This document shows positions 39,144 through 51,391 of a DNA stretch of 64,000 bases, one piece after another. How positions within the stretch are numbered: the first letter of the stretch is position 1; each line of letters begins with the position of its first letter. A program made the position numbers and the translations under genes. Under the pieces are notes generated by a model. The model made no database searches. It saw nothing but the letters and a program-made list of their open reading frames with translations, and was not told the DNA's origin. This DNA comes from Stegostoma tigrinum (Eukaryota), in assembly GCF_030684315.1 (NCBI RefSeq), contig NC_081359.1, positions 88,382,838 through 88,446,837 of the forward strand, read 5' to 3'.

Positions 39144-39339
39144 TGGAACACAGCTAACACAATCGATAGCGTCAAAAGGGAAATTAGTAAAAAGACCAAC
39201 AACGACATTGCAAAGAAAGAAAGTAGTGGAAGAACCAGTGGAATCGCGTTGGACAACAATTGTTGAGGAGGAGAATCGGACCGAACTTGTGGAACAAATT
39301 AATCAGACTCTTTCTAAATATCTGAAGCAGATTAATGAG
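39144..39339 (+). CDS. CKAP2: CKAP2 coding exon 5
   Basis: GTQLTQSIASKGKLVKRP...SRWTTIVEEE...INQTLSKYLKQINE; AAG acceptor (less certain), GTAAAA donor; 196 nt. Confidence 0.85.
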
Positions 39340-40146
39340 GTAAAATTGTATTTTGATTTAGAACCTTTGATAAGAAAAACAACAAAGGTGATTTAAGGAT
39401 AGAAAAAGCATTTCGGAAGACTTGAGAGATTAGAGGAAAGTATTGAGGTAGTAGAATTAAGACATCATATAGTACAATCTGTCATTAAAGTCATCAAAGA
39501 GTATCAACAGGCCAGAAAAGAATTATCATCTTGACTTATCATTAATATTCAACCAATGAAATATTTCTGGAATACACTTTGTGATAGCCAGTTAGGACCT
39601 GATGCATTCCAGTGCACAACTGAAGTTCTTTGCCCTCCCAACCCGTTGCCACATTGTCACTTCTGAGGAATTATGAATCACTTTTGATACATGATTCTGG
39701 CTCTTAGACTGATATCATACTAATGGCAATCAGCTATTTTAAGGAGTTGAGTTATTTTAAATGTCTTTGATCCTGAAATTGCAAACACTAGCTCTTGTCA
39801 ACAGTATGCTTCAATAAGGTGTTGTTCAGCTCCCTTGTAACGTATTTTGAGTATGTTATGGTAAATGGAAAAGACTAGATTTCACATGTATTTCTTTGCA
39901 ATTACCAAAGGATAAAGGTTTTCATTTTTCCAACTGCAAACTTTATTTACCCTTTTCAAGAAGTTGGATGGTCGAAGGGATCTTGATAATCTGGACCTTT
40001 TTGTTTTTAGTTCTAATTAAATTCCTGAAGTTTAATTTGCATGAGAAATTGTAACATAAGTTGTGTTTTTTCACTCTCTGGACCAGCCAATTCAAAAATT
40101 AGAGCACAGAAGTGGATCTTTCATATCTGAATTCTTATTTCCTTAG

Positions 40147-40317
40147 GGTTGTCCAAGTGAAGATTGTTTGAGATCTCTTCAAGCTTTCATTGAGAGTGTT
40201 CCAAAAGCCAAGAAGTTTGCAAGATACTGGATCTGTCTTGCACAGCTTGAACAACGCAAAGGATCTGTCCACGATGTCATGACTATTTATGAACAAGCCA
40301 TCAAGATAGGCGCACAG
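40147..40317 (+). CDS. CKAP2: CKAP2 coding exon 6 (CKAP2_C domain)
   Basis: GCPSEDCL...PKAKKFARYWICLAQLE...IYEQAIKIGAQ; TAG acceptor, GTACTG donor; 171 nt. Confidence 0.95.
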
Positions 40318-42114
40318 GTACTGCTAACTTTGAGAATCTCTTACTTTATTTCTCTATATTTTTAATAATTAGGATTGTCCTGTCTCACTGCAGTAGTGCA
40401 CTGGAAATCATGCCTTGCTATTACTGGAGTTATCGCAATAATTAATGATTTTGTCTTTCTATACACAGATTAATAGAAAGCACAAACCAGGTTTCTGTAC
40501 TTAACAAGAATGTCAGCTTGTTACAAATAAATTCCAGCTACAGGGGAAAAAAATTAAGAACCATCAACATTTAACTCTAAGCCCCTTAAGATTACCTCTA
40601 CCTCTATACACAAATGTAGAATGCAGTGAAATCACCTCCGTTCAAATGTTTCACTGAGATGATCCTTTTTGACTTTGACAGGACTTGCTTCCCCTCATCT
40701 CATCCCACCCCATCTCCCTCTTTCTCTCTTCTCCACATTCTTCCATTTTCCCATTTCAGTTCACAATCAAATGTACAAAAAACTGGTCTTTCCAAGATAT
40801 TAATGAAACATTTTTCACTTATACATGCTACAAGTCTTGGTTGGCATGTTAGGTTTATTCCTGAAGTGACAAAGACACAAATGCTGGTACATCTATGCTT
40901 TCAATGTGTACAAATTTGTTTGTCCAAGATTTTTGCATTCTAGTTTCTACAGTATTTGTCTGTGTTCAGCCATATTGTAATCTCTGCTCTGTATTCCTGT
41001 ACCAAATTCTTCATGTGTGCAGCAGCAAAATGAAAATCATTTTTATTTGGTGCTGGCATGATTGCATTTGCTTATGTCTTTTTAAAAATTAGATAATGTT
41101 AATCATCTGGTCAGTTTGATGGAATAGATTCTTGCCAGAATTGCAGATGGCTTGAGCTGAATCTGTCTGTCTCAGAGAGCACATTTAGGTGTAGGACTGG
41201 CTGGTTCTCTGGAAATTTTTAAAGTTGATATGCCACACCAACCAGTAAAGGCATTCTAAAATTAACTGTTCGAGTAAATTAGCTTACATTGCGAGAGTGC
41301 CATTATAGTTGTCTCCTTGATTTAGGTCAGCAAATAATACAGTCTGGTTTCAACAATTTAGCATTTTTTATTGAATTAAAGCTGGAAATTGTACCCAGTG
41401 TACTCAAATTGTGACCTCTGTTTGTTTATTAATTGATTGAAAGTTTACTTCCATGCAATGATTTAATAGACTAGATATTAAAATACTTAGTTTTATTTAC
41501 TTAAGTAAATTCAATTTTCCAATTAAAAAGCTTTTTCAACAATTAGAAATGCAGGGGCAAAGCATGAGAAACTGTGGTATTCATATTTTTTCAACATGAT
41601 TAATAACAAAAGTTTATCTCAAGCAAAATTACTTTATACATCTCACACTATTTTAAAATTAATTTAAATTTTAAGTTGAACAGCAGTGATACATTTTTTA
41701 TGCAATTCGCACCAAACTCCATTCCTCCTTTTTCTTTATCCTTTCTTTCTTTTCTTTACCCTAGAAAAACCCATATTTTCACCGATTAACCCATATTTAA
41801 AAACTGGCCCAAGATGTTGGCATTAGTAGCAAGATTGATTTCTCTGAATGCTGAAGAAAGTGCTTGGGCAAAAAAGCTGGTTTAATTTAGGATTTGAGTT
41901 GCTGCAAATGTTTTATTGTCTACATAATAGATAGTTATAAGTTTTGCAAACTTTTTTAAATGATTGAGTGTTTCTATTGATCTTCTTGCATCATCTGCAG
42001 CAGATTGTCATAGATTGATGTCACGATTGTGCAGTGGAGGCTTGGTTGATAATTGTAATTAATTGTGGTGCACTTTTTTGCAAATGTTAAGTGTTTTTTA
42101 ATTTTGTTTTACAG

Positions 42115-42187
42115 CCTGCAAATGAATTACGCAATACACTTGTAGATATTTTGAAAAACACCAAAACTCCCAAAAAAACTCATGTGG
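42115..42187 (+). CDS. CKAP2: CKAP2 coding exon 7
   Basis: PANELRNTLVDILKNTKTPKKTHV (compare human PIEEMRHTIVDIL); CAG acceptor, GTAAGT donor; 73 nt. Confidence 0.92.
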
Positions 42188-43339
42188 GTAAGTTGATGCC
42201 TTCTTTATGTATATGTTCTGGAAAATGAGTGCTCCTAGAGAGGGATCATTCTCTACAGCTGAGCCAATTGTGCACCTTTCCTGAATCATGTATGGGGGTG
42301 ATGTTCCGATATTTGACTGAACTTAATCTAGAGTCCCAACCTAATGCTCTGGGAACACTAGTTTGAATTCTATTGATAGATGGTTAAACCTGAATGTCAC
42401 AAGAATCGGGAATTAAAAGCTAGTCTAATCGTGACCATGTAAATGATGTAATTGTCAAAAGTATCTGGTTCACTAATGCCTGTTGGGGAAGGAAATCTGC
42501 TCTACATGTGATTTTCTAGACCCACAGCAATATGACTCTTAACTGCTATCTGAAATGCTGTATCAGGTCAAGGATAATTGAGGATGGGCAGATAATGCTG
42601 ACCAAACCAGTGACACGCACATCCCAGGAATGAATAAAATGTATACTTGGCATCTGAAATACTGAAAATATTCAGTAGTTGGAGACTTTTGATGGATGTA
42701 GGTCTTTTGACCTGAATTTATTTGTCAGCTATGACTCGACTGGGTAGCGCACTCACTTCTGCATCAGAGGTTTGTGGATTAAAATCCTACCGTATGACTT
42801 CACAAAAGTACTGAATGAATGCTGCACTCCCCATTTATCTTCTGAGAAATTCCAGCTCACGCTTTCCCAGAAGAACAGAAAAATTATCATCCTTGTGATG
42901 GCTGATATTTATCCCTCAAGCAACATCACAAAACATTATCTGTTCATTAACATCTTGGTGTTTTTGTGACTTTTATGTACACAAATTGCAGCCGTGTTTT
43001 CTATGCTTCAGAAGTACCTGATTGGCTGTGAAGTGCCTTTAAAATGTGCCATTCAGAATCTCTCGATTATTTCAACACACGTCTTTTTTCCCCTTATTGT
43101 TAATGAGAATAGCTATTTTCTGACATCTAATTTTCAGGAATGCACAATTATACATATTTGTTTACAGCCATCACGTAAGTAATAATCAGCAATTAATGAT
43201 TTGCTACAAGTTATTGCAGTATTCTGCACGGAAGTGTGTGTCACTCTTTCAAATCAGTCATCTATATTGTATACTTTACTTCCTTTACGTCAGTTATTCT
43301 GAGAGCACTGCTGCACTGAAGGCACCAGGAGCATGGATC

Positions 43340-43620
43340 ATCGAATCACAGCATGAAAACAGGCCTTTTGGCCTGACAAATCAACACAGACCCTTACAGC
43401 ATCATACCCAGACCCATCCCCCTATAACCCACCTGATTTACACAGCCCTGAACACTAAGGGCAACTTAGCATGACCAATTCACTTCACTTGCACATCTTT
43501 GGATTGTGGGAGGAAACCCATGCAGACACGGGGAAAATGTAGACTCCACACAGGCAGTCTCCCAAAGGTGGAATTGAACCCGGGTCCCTGGCGCTGTGAG
43601 GTGGCAATGCTAGCTACTGA
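43340..43620 (-). mobile_element. HE1-like SINE
   Basis: Reverse complement of the HE1-like head (GGAATTGAACCCGGGTCCCTGGCGCTGTGAG) and body. Confidence 0.8.
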
Positions 43621-43806
43621 TCATTGAGGATGCCAGGGAATTGAGTGCAATTAGAAAGTGTACGGAATCTTGAACTTCAGAAGTATGTATTGAGCACAAA
43701 AGTAAAGGTTATGCTGAACCATTATAAAGCTGTAATTGGGTATGTTTGGTCACCTTGACTTTTTAATTAAGATGCATATGAGGGATGTTGAGAAGCTGTA
43801 GGGACT

Positions 43807-44107
43807 TCATAGAATGTGGAAGCAGGCCATTCAGCCCATCACGTTTACATGCCCTGCCATAGAACATCTTATCCACACCCCTGCCCTGTCCCTGTAACCC
43901 TGCATTTTTTTCATGCTAATCTCTGGACATAGTGGGCAATTTAAACATGGCCAAACCACTTAGTCTGCATGTCTTTGGACTGTGGGAGGAAACCGGAGCA
44001 GTCAGAGGAAACCCACGCAGACATGGGGAGAATGTGCAAACTCCACATAGACAGCCACCCAAGGCTGGAATCGAACCTGGGACTGAGGCATCAATGCTAA
44101 CCACTGA
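43807..44107 (-). mobile_element. HE1-like SINE inserted in a CR1 remnant
   Basis: GGAATCGAACC...GCTAACCACTG reverse head; conserved body. Confidence 0.78.
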
Positions 44108-44981
44108 CCCTGGGTCTAGGGACAGAGGATCTTGGCTGCAAGGTTGGGTTGGAGAAACTGTATTGTGTCCAACTTGAGGTTGTTTTGAAGCAAAGGAGAT
44201 CTGGTGGATGTATTGAAGAATGATATTTTTGGATAGACTGGACCAGGAAAAGCTGTTCTTGTTAAATGAGCACAGATCTCAGGTTTTGGTCAAGCGGTAC
44301 AGGGGAAGTATGAGGAAGAATTTTTTTCACACAGCATTGAACTGGAATTTGCTGCTCATGAGAATAGTGGAAATAGAGACAATCAATGATTAGTTGAAGT
44401 GGAAAGAAAAATCAATGATTAAGAGGAAATTAGATGCTTTCAGGGAAATAAACTTGCAGTGCTAATAGACGGAATTTCTACCACCAAATTAACTAATTTT
44501 GAAGAATCTTTACCAGAAAAGTGGTTGGCTGGCCTATTTGTTTTGAAATTCTTCAGAACTTGCATTCTCATTACTCACGGTTTTTCAGCTTTTCATTTTG
44601 GAGACTTCCCTTTTGTTTTCAAAGGTACAAAATTTCCAAAGAAATCTTTGAATTTCTTTGGTCCCTTGACTAAACTGTAACATTATCACCGCAGTTTTTT
44701 AGCTCATAGCATTTGTGCAGTTGATAATCTTAAAGTGAATTTCCAATTTACAATGGTTTCCAGGAATTTTAAGACAGGCTTTTAAAATGTGGTTTCTAGA
44801 ATTTGTTGTCTTTGAGACCAATTCAATAATGATTTCAATCCTTTCAGATCCACATCGGGCAAAAATTAAGGACATCCAGTCAATTCAAAACTGCTTGTAT
44901 TTTGAAAATTATTTAAAGCATAACATTTAAGAATCACAGTGCAAAGTTACAAGTTTGATATGTATTTCTTGTCACCAATAG

Positions 44982-45504
44982 CAATGAACAAAACTGAAGA
45001 TGGAGTACTGAAAGATCCAAAGCTGGAACTGTGTTGTGTCACTGAACAGAGTGTTCCTGAAGGAAAAAAAGTGGAGCTGGCAGATATTGAGGAGAGGCCT
45101 TCTATAGAGGAAAATATGGGCTGCACAAATGACAAACAGGATCTCCCTCTAGAGAACCAAGAAATGTGTATTGCTGCAACTGATGATCACAATGTTCCCA
45201 AAGAAAATGATGGAGCCCCCTTGTTTATTAAACAGCAAGTTTCCTGTGATGGAAAAGCAGACCTTGCAGCAGGTGAACTGCAACTTTATGCAAGGGAAGA
45301 ACTGGCGACCACAATGAAAGAACTGCATTCTCCTTCTATGGAACAAGTGGTAAATGAAGCTGATGATGAGGATGATTGTGGAGTGGATGATGTAACAGTT
45401 GACAACATGAAGACCCCACTGAAGCAAATATTGACACCAAGTAAAATAGAAAATAGAGGATCATCTGTTAAGTATAGTGTGAAAGCAACCCCTAGGATTA
45501 AATG
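44982..45504 (+). CDS. CKAP2: CKAP2 coding exon 8 (acidic)
   Basis: (A)MNKTEDG...GSSVKYSVKATPRIK; TAG acceptor, GTAGGA donor; 523 nt; phases 1 and 2 fit the neighbouring exons. Confidence 0.88.
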
Positions 45505-45774
45505 GTAGGAAAATGTTTGATTTTTAACTACTTTCTTTTTAAATAGTAATATTTTGTGCATCTCAATAGCTCAAAGGGATGTTTGGCAATGTTCTGTAAG
45601 GATTGAGGGTTTGGCAAGATTCAGTTCTGTAAAATAGTTGTACTTTATCTGTTCATTTTTATTTTCAATTATGAGTTAATTACTCTGGGATTAAATATGT
45701 TTAATATTGTATTGACTTGATAACTCATAACTTGGTCCTGTTTGTCTTCATAACCAATCGATTCTTTTCTGCAG

Positions 45775-45997
45775 TAACAAAAATATGACTCCGTTGGAAA
45801 ACAGAAACTCTGCAATCAACGTACTGAAATTTCTGACGCCTGTGCGTCGTTCACAACGCATTGAAAAGGCATCTTCCCAAATGCCATTAATGTTGCAGGA
45901 CCATGATCCGTGTGTGTCTTCACTGGAGGATCTAAAAAAATTGGGAGAAGTATCTACAGCCTACTCATTCAGGATGAATAATGCACTACAAGAATGA
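45775..45997 (+). CDS. CKAP2: CKAP2 last coding exon
   Basis: LKFLTPVRRSQRI...MLQDHDPCVSSLEDL...FRMNNALQE* matches the conserved CKAP2 C-terminus; CAG acceptor; stop TGA. Confidence 0.95.
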
Positions 45998-47045
45998 ACT
46001 GATATTTTCAAATGAATATGGATTATCTGTTAACATTTTAATTAAATGCACCTTGTGTCCCAAAGCATCATTTAGTCCAATTGCAGTGCAGTCTGCTTCT
46101 GCATAATTGTTTCCTAGCCATTTCTAAATAGTTAATATTCTGAATTTTATACTGCCTTCAACAAAAGTGTAGAAAATTTAGTGTTTATGGCTACAGTTGT
46201 TTTCAAATACTTTAATGCTCTGCACTATGACAAAGACCTAGAAAACTGATGGATGAAAATGAGCATGGTTTTAAAACTCCCAAGTCTATTGGAGTTCAAT
46301 ACTATGCATATTCTTGTCTTTAGCTGAAGAAATTCTAACTTCTTGATCCAGTGTTGTAAGAAAAAAAATCCTTTTTTTTAATCAAGCAAAGTGCTGTAGG
46401 TTCTAATTCTGAAGTAAATACAAATAAGATTTGTTAAGCATCATCTGAGAGAGAAATGGTTCATGTTTCAGGCCACTGGGTTTTTGTCAGAACTGGGAAA
46501 TGTTAGAGTTGTAATCAATTATTTGAGCAGTGGGTGAATAGGAAATATTGTTTTCTTTCTTTGCTTGTTTTAAGTCTTCCTCCTTTCATTTAGCAACATA
46601 ACTGGTCCAGGCACATCAAGTTTTATTTCTTGCCTCATCTCCACTCCCTCTGGACCTAGAATAGTAACCATTTTGGTTCTTCATTCTCTTCTGTCTTCCA
46701 TTCTTTTACAGTGTTCTTTTAAAATCCTTGTCTCCCACCCCTCACTGACATTTCCCAGTTTTGATGAAAAGTCACTCTCACTTGAAAAACTGACTCATTT
46801 GACTCTCTGCACAGGCATTGTCTAACTGCTGAGCTTTTCCCCACCATTTTTTATGTTTTGCTTTTATTAATGGTTGGTAATGTGCAAAAGTGACCCATTC
46901 TTCCAACCTCAACAAAATTTCTGCAGATATAAATGTTTAATTCTTCAGTTATTAATGCTTGATGTGCACATTTCTAATCTTGTATAAAATATGCAATATG
47001 GTTGCAAAGGAGATTGGAAGATACTGGTAGACATAATGGGTGTTT

Positions 47046-47394
47046 AATAAAGCTATTAATTTAAGGCTTTGACTAAGCTATCTCAGTCCTGGAATTTAAG
47101 TTTGAGCAAACACTAATTGAATCAAACATCTCTTTACTTAGAATTTTCTCTTATTGAAGAAAATAAAACTAGTGGGATTCACCGGTGTGAAGTATTGTCT
47201 CGGTTTTAAAAGTAGTCTTTTTTTGCGAGACATAATGTGGTAATTTTTAATAAGCTTGCAACAAGTATAAACCTTACGAAATAACAATGCAAATGTGTTT
47301 TTAATTTTTAATTTTGCTTTGGCTTAGAAATTCGATATCATTCTCAACTGAAACTTTGTATTTATCTCTTTGTATTGTGCTTATTTTCATTAAA
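47046..47394 (+). terminator. Candidate CKAP2 polyadenylation signals
   Basis: AATAAA at 47046-47051 and 47162-47167, ATTAAA at 47389-47394, in an AT-rich putative 3' UTR. Confidence 0.45.
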
Positions 47395-47977
47395 TGATTC
47401 TTGATACTCTTCGGCTGGATTTCTTTTAAGTATTGCTTAGACATTTATTGGATGTTTCAACCTAAGTATTTCTGCTTGAATCAGTTAATTTTTAACCTGT
47501 TCAGACACCTTGAAGGCAGTTAGGATTTGTACCTGGATGAGCTTGCAGGTAGTGGCATTTCTATGTATCTGTTGCTCTTATCCATCCAAATGGAAGTGGT
47601 TATGGGTCTGAAAAGTGCGAAGGAGTCTTGGTGAAATTTGCACTTCATCTTGCACTGCTACTACTGTGCCTTTAGTGGTGGAGAAAGTGAATATGCTGTT
47701 AATCAAGCTGGTTGCTTTATCTTGGTGTTAAGCTTTGTTTGTTGGAGCAGCACACATTTTGCCAGTTTCATTTAAAGTCATTGAGTTTTTTTGGCATACA
47801 GTGCCATTCTTGCATTTGATCTTTTAAGTAGCTTGTTTCCTACATGTAGGTTTTCGACTCAGCATATTAAATACCTGGTTTGTATCCACTGAGTCTGTGC
47901 CATCATTTGAAAGATTTTTTTTTGCCTCTAATTCTGTGATGATCTGATATCTTGAGGACAGTTTTGAGAGGGGGCAG

Positions 47978-48925
47978 GGAAGGCTTGGAGACCGCTTTGC
48001 AGAACACCTCCGCTCAGTTCGCAACAAACAACTGCACCTCCCAGTCGCAAACCATTTCCACTTCCCCTCCCATTCTCTAGATGACATGTCCATCATGGGC
48101 CTCCTGCAGTGCCACAATGATGCCACCCGAAGGTTGCAGGAACAGCAACTCATATTCCACCTGGGAACCCTGCAGCCTAATGGTATCAATGTGGACTTCA
48201 CCAGTTTCAAAATCTCCCCTTCCCCTACTGCATCCCTAAACCAGCCCAGTTCGTCCCCTCCCCCCACTGCACCACACAACCAGCCCAGCTCTTTCCCCCC
48301 CCCACCCACTGCATCCCAAAACCAGTCCAACCTGTCTCTGCCTCCCTAACCGGTTCTTCCTCTCACCCATCCCTTCCTCCCACCCCTAGCCGCACCCCCC
48401 CACTACCTACTAACCTCATCCCACCTCCTTGACCTGTCCATCTTCCCTGGACTGACCTATCCCCTCCCCACCTATACTCTCTCCACCAATGTTCTTTTCT
48501 CTCCATCTTCGGTCCGCCTCCCCCTCTCTCCCTATTTATTCCAGTTCCCTCTCCGGTGAAGGGTCTAGGCCCGAAACGTCAACTTTTGTGCTCCTGAGAT
48601 GCTGCTTGGCCTGCTGTGTTCATCCAGCCTCATGTTTTATTATCTTGGTTTCTAGGTGGTTGCCTGACATGGAGACAGAGAGGTCCAGGAAGGTGAGGGA
48701 TGTGTTGGAGATGGTCCAGGTGAACTTGAGCTTGCGGTGGAAGCTGTTGGTGAAGGGGATGAACTGTTCCAGCTCCTTGTGGGACACAAAGCAGCGCCGA
48801 TGCAGTCATCAACGTAACAGAGGAAAAGGTGGGATTTAGGGACAGTGTAGCTACGGACGAGGGATTGTTCCACGAAACCTACAAAGAGGCAGGCATAACT
48901 TGGGCCCATGCGGGTGCCCATGACT
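47978..48925. mobile_element. Family-A PLE 3' end (+) joined to an inverted RT fragment (-)
   Basis: RLGDRFAEHLRSVR plus pLTR at ~47978-48648; minus-strand MGTRMGPSYACLFVG...YVDD at ~48650-48925. Confidence 0.85.
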
Positions 48926-49299
48926 AGAAACTGGTCATTCAAGAAATATGCTGCATTCTATCCACTGCATTAACATCACGTCTTTGTACACCCCATCCTG
49001 GATACTTAAAATCGAATCTAGACTTAGCGTTGTGTGGCGTGGTTATTTCAGCTCACCTCATAAAACATAGCAAATTTTGCGCCCTTCAATAAAATTTGTG
49101 ACAGAAACCAAAACCTGAACAGTAACTTTGGGATTTTTAAAATCTAACACTGCGTCCTTTCAGCATAAATAACAATGAAATGAACGTTCGTTTCACAGCT
49201 ATTTTAACACATTGACCTGGGTCACTGGCTCATTGCACAAGCTTTCTATAGCCCTAACACGTGATGATGGTGAACGCCTTCCCATGACCTCGTTTGCAG

Positions 49300-49452
49300 A
49301 TTATTTCCGTTTTGTGTCAAATTTGGGGTGTGGTTTAATGTTTTCTCGTAGTTTAATTGACGGTTTCGTTTCCGGTGCAGTTGAAGAGTAGCACTAGGAT
49401 TAAAAACTCGCTTTTGAATGCCAGACGCGTGTTACATTGTATCAGACTTTCG
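49300..49452 (+). promoter_or_regulatory. Probable NEK3 promoter and non-coding first exon
   Basis: CpG retained over ~48960-49900; ETS-like TTTCCGGT near 49370; candidate donor GTAGGT at 49453; the ATG exon has its own acceptor at 50450-50451. Confidence 0.45.
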
Positions 49453-50465
49453 GTAGGTTACGTGAGCCAGGAATTCCTCTCGTATCCACATCTCTCCAAA
49501 TATGTTTCCGCACCTGCCCCCGGCAAAAAAATTCTCGAAGCAGAATTGAAAAAAAAACGAATTTTTTTTAAAAATTGCGACATCTCCAGCTTGCTACCCC
49601 CATCGATATGCTTATTTTGGAGAATTTGATGAAGTTACAGTTCGTATCGTCCCCATATCAAATAGCGATCCTATTGTACCTTCCATCGATGAAGGCTGGG
49701 TAGCTCACGATATAAAACCTTACGTGTGAAGTGTATCATTCATTACTATCCGCCCACTGTCAACTATCACTGCTGCTTATGCAGTAACATTGTATTCGTG
49801 CCTTTGCTGTGACGTGGATTTATTGTAGCTTGGCGGGGGTTGGATAGTGACTTAGTGCGATCATATGTTAGATCCAAACATTCGGTATCCTCTTTGCAAA
49901 TTTCCAAATGGTTAAAAATCCCGTATCTGAGCAATAACAACACCCCCCCCCCCCCACGCCATCACCACTCCCACCAATCTTCTTAAATATGGTTCAAGAT
50001 TTAAAGTCCACATCCCTCCTTGTTTAAGGAAAACCGGTCTAGGGTGTGTCTGCTTTCCACTGGAGATGGTTTATATATATATAGTGCATAGCTGTCTCCC
50101 GTATCCATACTTTGAATGAAACTCAAATTGTAAAAGTCAGTACAAATTGTTATCGTTAGTGTTGTAGGACGGGACATTTTCAACAAATTACTTTTGAGTT
50201 TCAGTACCTATGCTTGACAAAAGTGGCAGGCAATTTATGTACTTGTGCAGGCAAGACCTACTAACAGGAGAGATAATGGGAGCTGCAGATGCTGGAGAAT
50301 CCGAGATAACAAAGTGTGGAGCTGGATAAACACAGCAAGCCAAGCAGCATCTTAGGATCACCATATTCAACAATTTTTTTACTTAAAGTTCAATAAAGTG
50401 TAAAATAGTACAAACTGCTTTGCTGATAACACATCTGCAATTGTTTTTCAGACAATTACTTGAGG

Positions 50466-50582
50466 ATGGATGCTTACACTGTATTAAAGGTTATTGGGGA
50501 AGGTTCCTTTGGCAGAGCGCTTTTGGTCCAAGCAAATAATGAAAGTCAGCAATATGTCATGAAGGAAATTCATCTTTCAAAG
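50466..50582 (+). CDS. NEK3: NEK3 first coding exon (kinase subdomains I-II)
   Basis: [39 protein letters not shown]; Gly-rich loop and catalytic Lys; GTAAAT donor; 117 nt. Confidence 0.93.
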
Positions 50583-50654
50583 GTAAATAATGATGTGAAC
50601 TTTTGGAGAAAAGTTACTGATTTTCTTTGAAAAGTGTCATGAGACCTTCTATAA

Positions 50655-50835
50655 CGAAAACTGGAATTGCTGGAAAATCTCAGCAGGTCTGGCAGCATTG
50701 AGTTCTGAAAAAGGGCCACTGGACCTGAAATGTTAACTGTGATTTCTGTTCACAAATGTTGCCAGACCTGCTGAGCTTTTCCAGCAATTTTTGTTTTGTT
50801 TCTGATTTTCAGTGTCCACTGTTCTTTTGGGTTTT
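50655..50835. mobile_element. Palindromic family-B pLTR hairpin element in a NEK3 intron
   Basis: AATTGCTGGAAAATCTCAGCAGGTCTGGCA / TGCCAGACCTGCTGAGCTTTTCCAGCAATT arms flanking a decayed hammerhead core. Confidence 0.75.
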
Positions 50836-51297
50836 CTTTTAACAAGATATTCTATGTCCATTTCAATGGAGCAACAAGAGCTCGGTTTAATTCTGGACCT
50901 GAAACGTGGACCGGGGAGAGTGCAGGGAAGTGGAGTTGAAACGCCCATCAGCCATGATTTAAATGGCAGAATGGACTTGATGGGCCGAATGGCCTTACTT
51001 CCACTCCTATGTCTTATGGAAAGGTGGTATGTCTGAAAATGCAGAAGCCCAGGTTATGTACGCAAGTGTTGCACTGGCATTTTTGAGCCTGTGAAAAATC
51101 AATGATAAGAATACTTTACTAGCAATCTGTCAAGTCAGCACTAGGTAGGGGATGCACATTGAGTAGCAATGGCACACCATTTAAGTACACCATATGGCTT
51201 ATGATTTAATTGTAGCAAAGATGAAGTTCCTGGATGTTGTTTACTTTTCACAATGAGGCAAGGAGCCACCTATCTCTTTTTTATCTTACTTATTTAG

Positions 51298-51391
51298 AAT
51301 CCCTCTGGATTACAAAGATCACGGAGAGAAGCCATCCTCCTAGCAAAAATGAAGCATCCCAACATTGTTACATTTATAGACTCATTTGAAG
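51298..51391 (+). CDS. NEK3: NEK3 coding exon 2
   Basis: [31 protein letters not shown]; TAG acceptor, GTGAGA donor; 94 nt. Confidence 0.94.

Noticed and set aside
33503-45997. CKAP2L identity
   Set aside because: Head-to-head linkage with VPS36 and adjacency to NEK3 indicate CKAP2; a phylogeny would be decisive.
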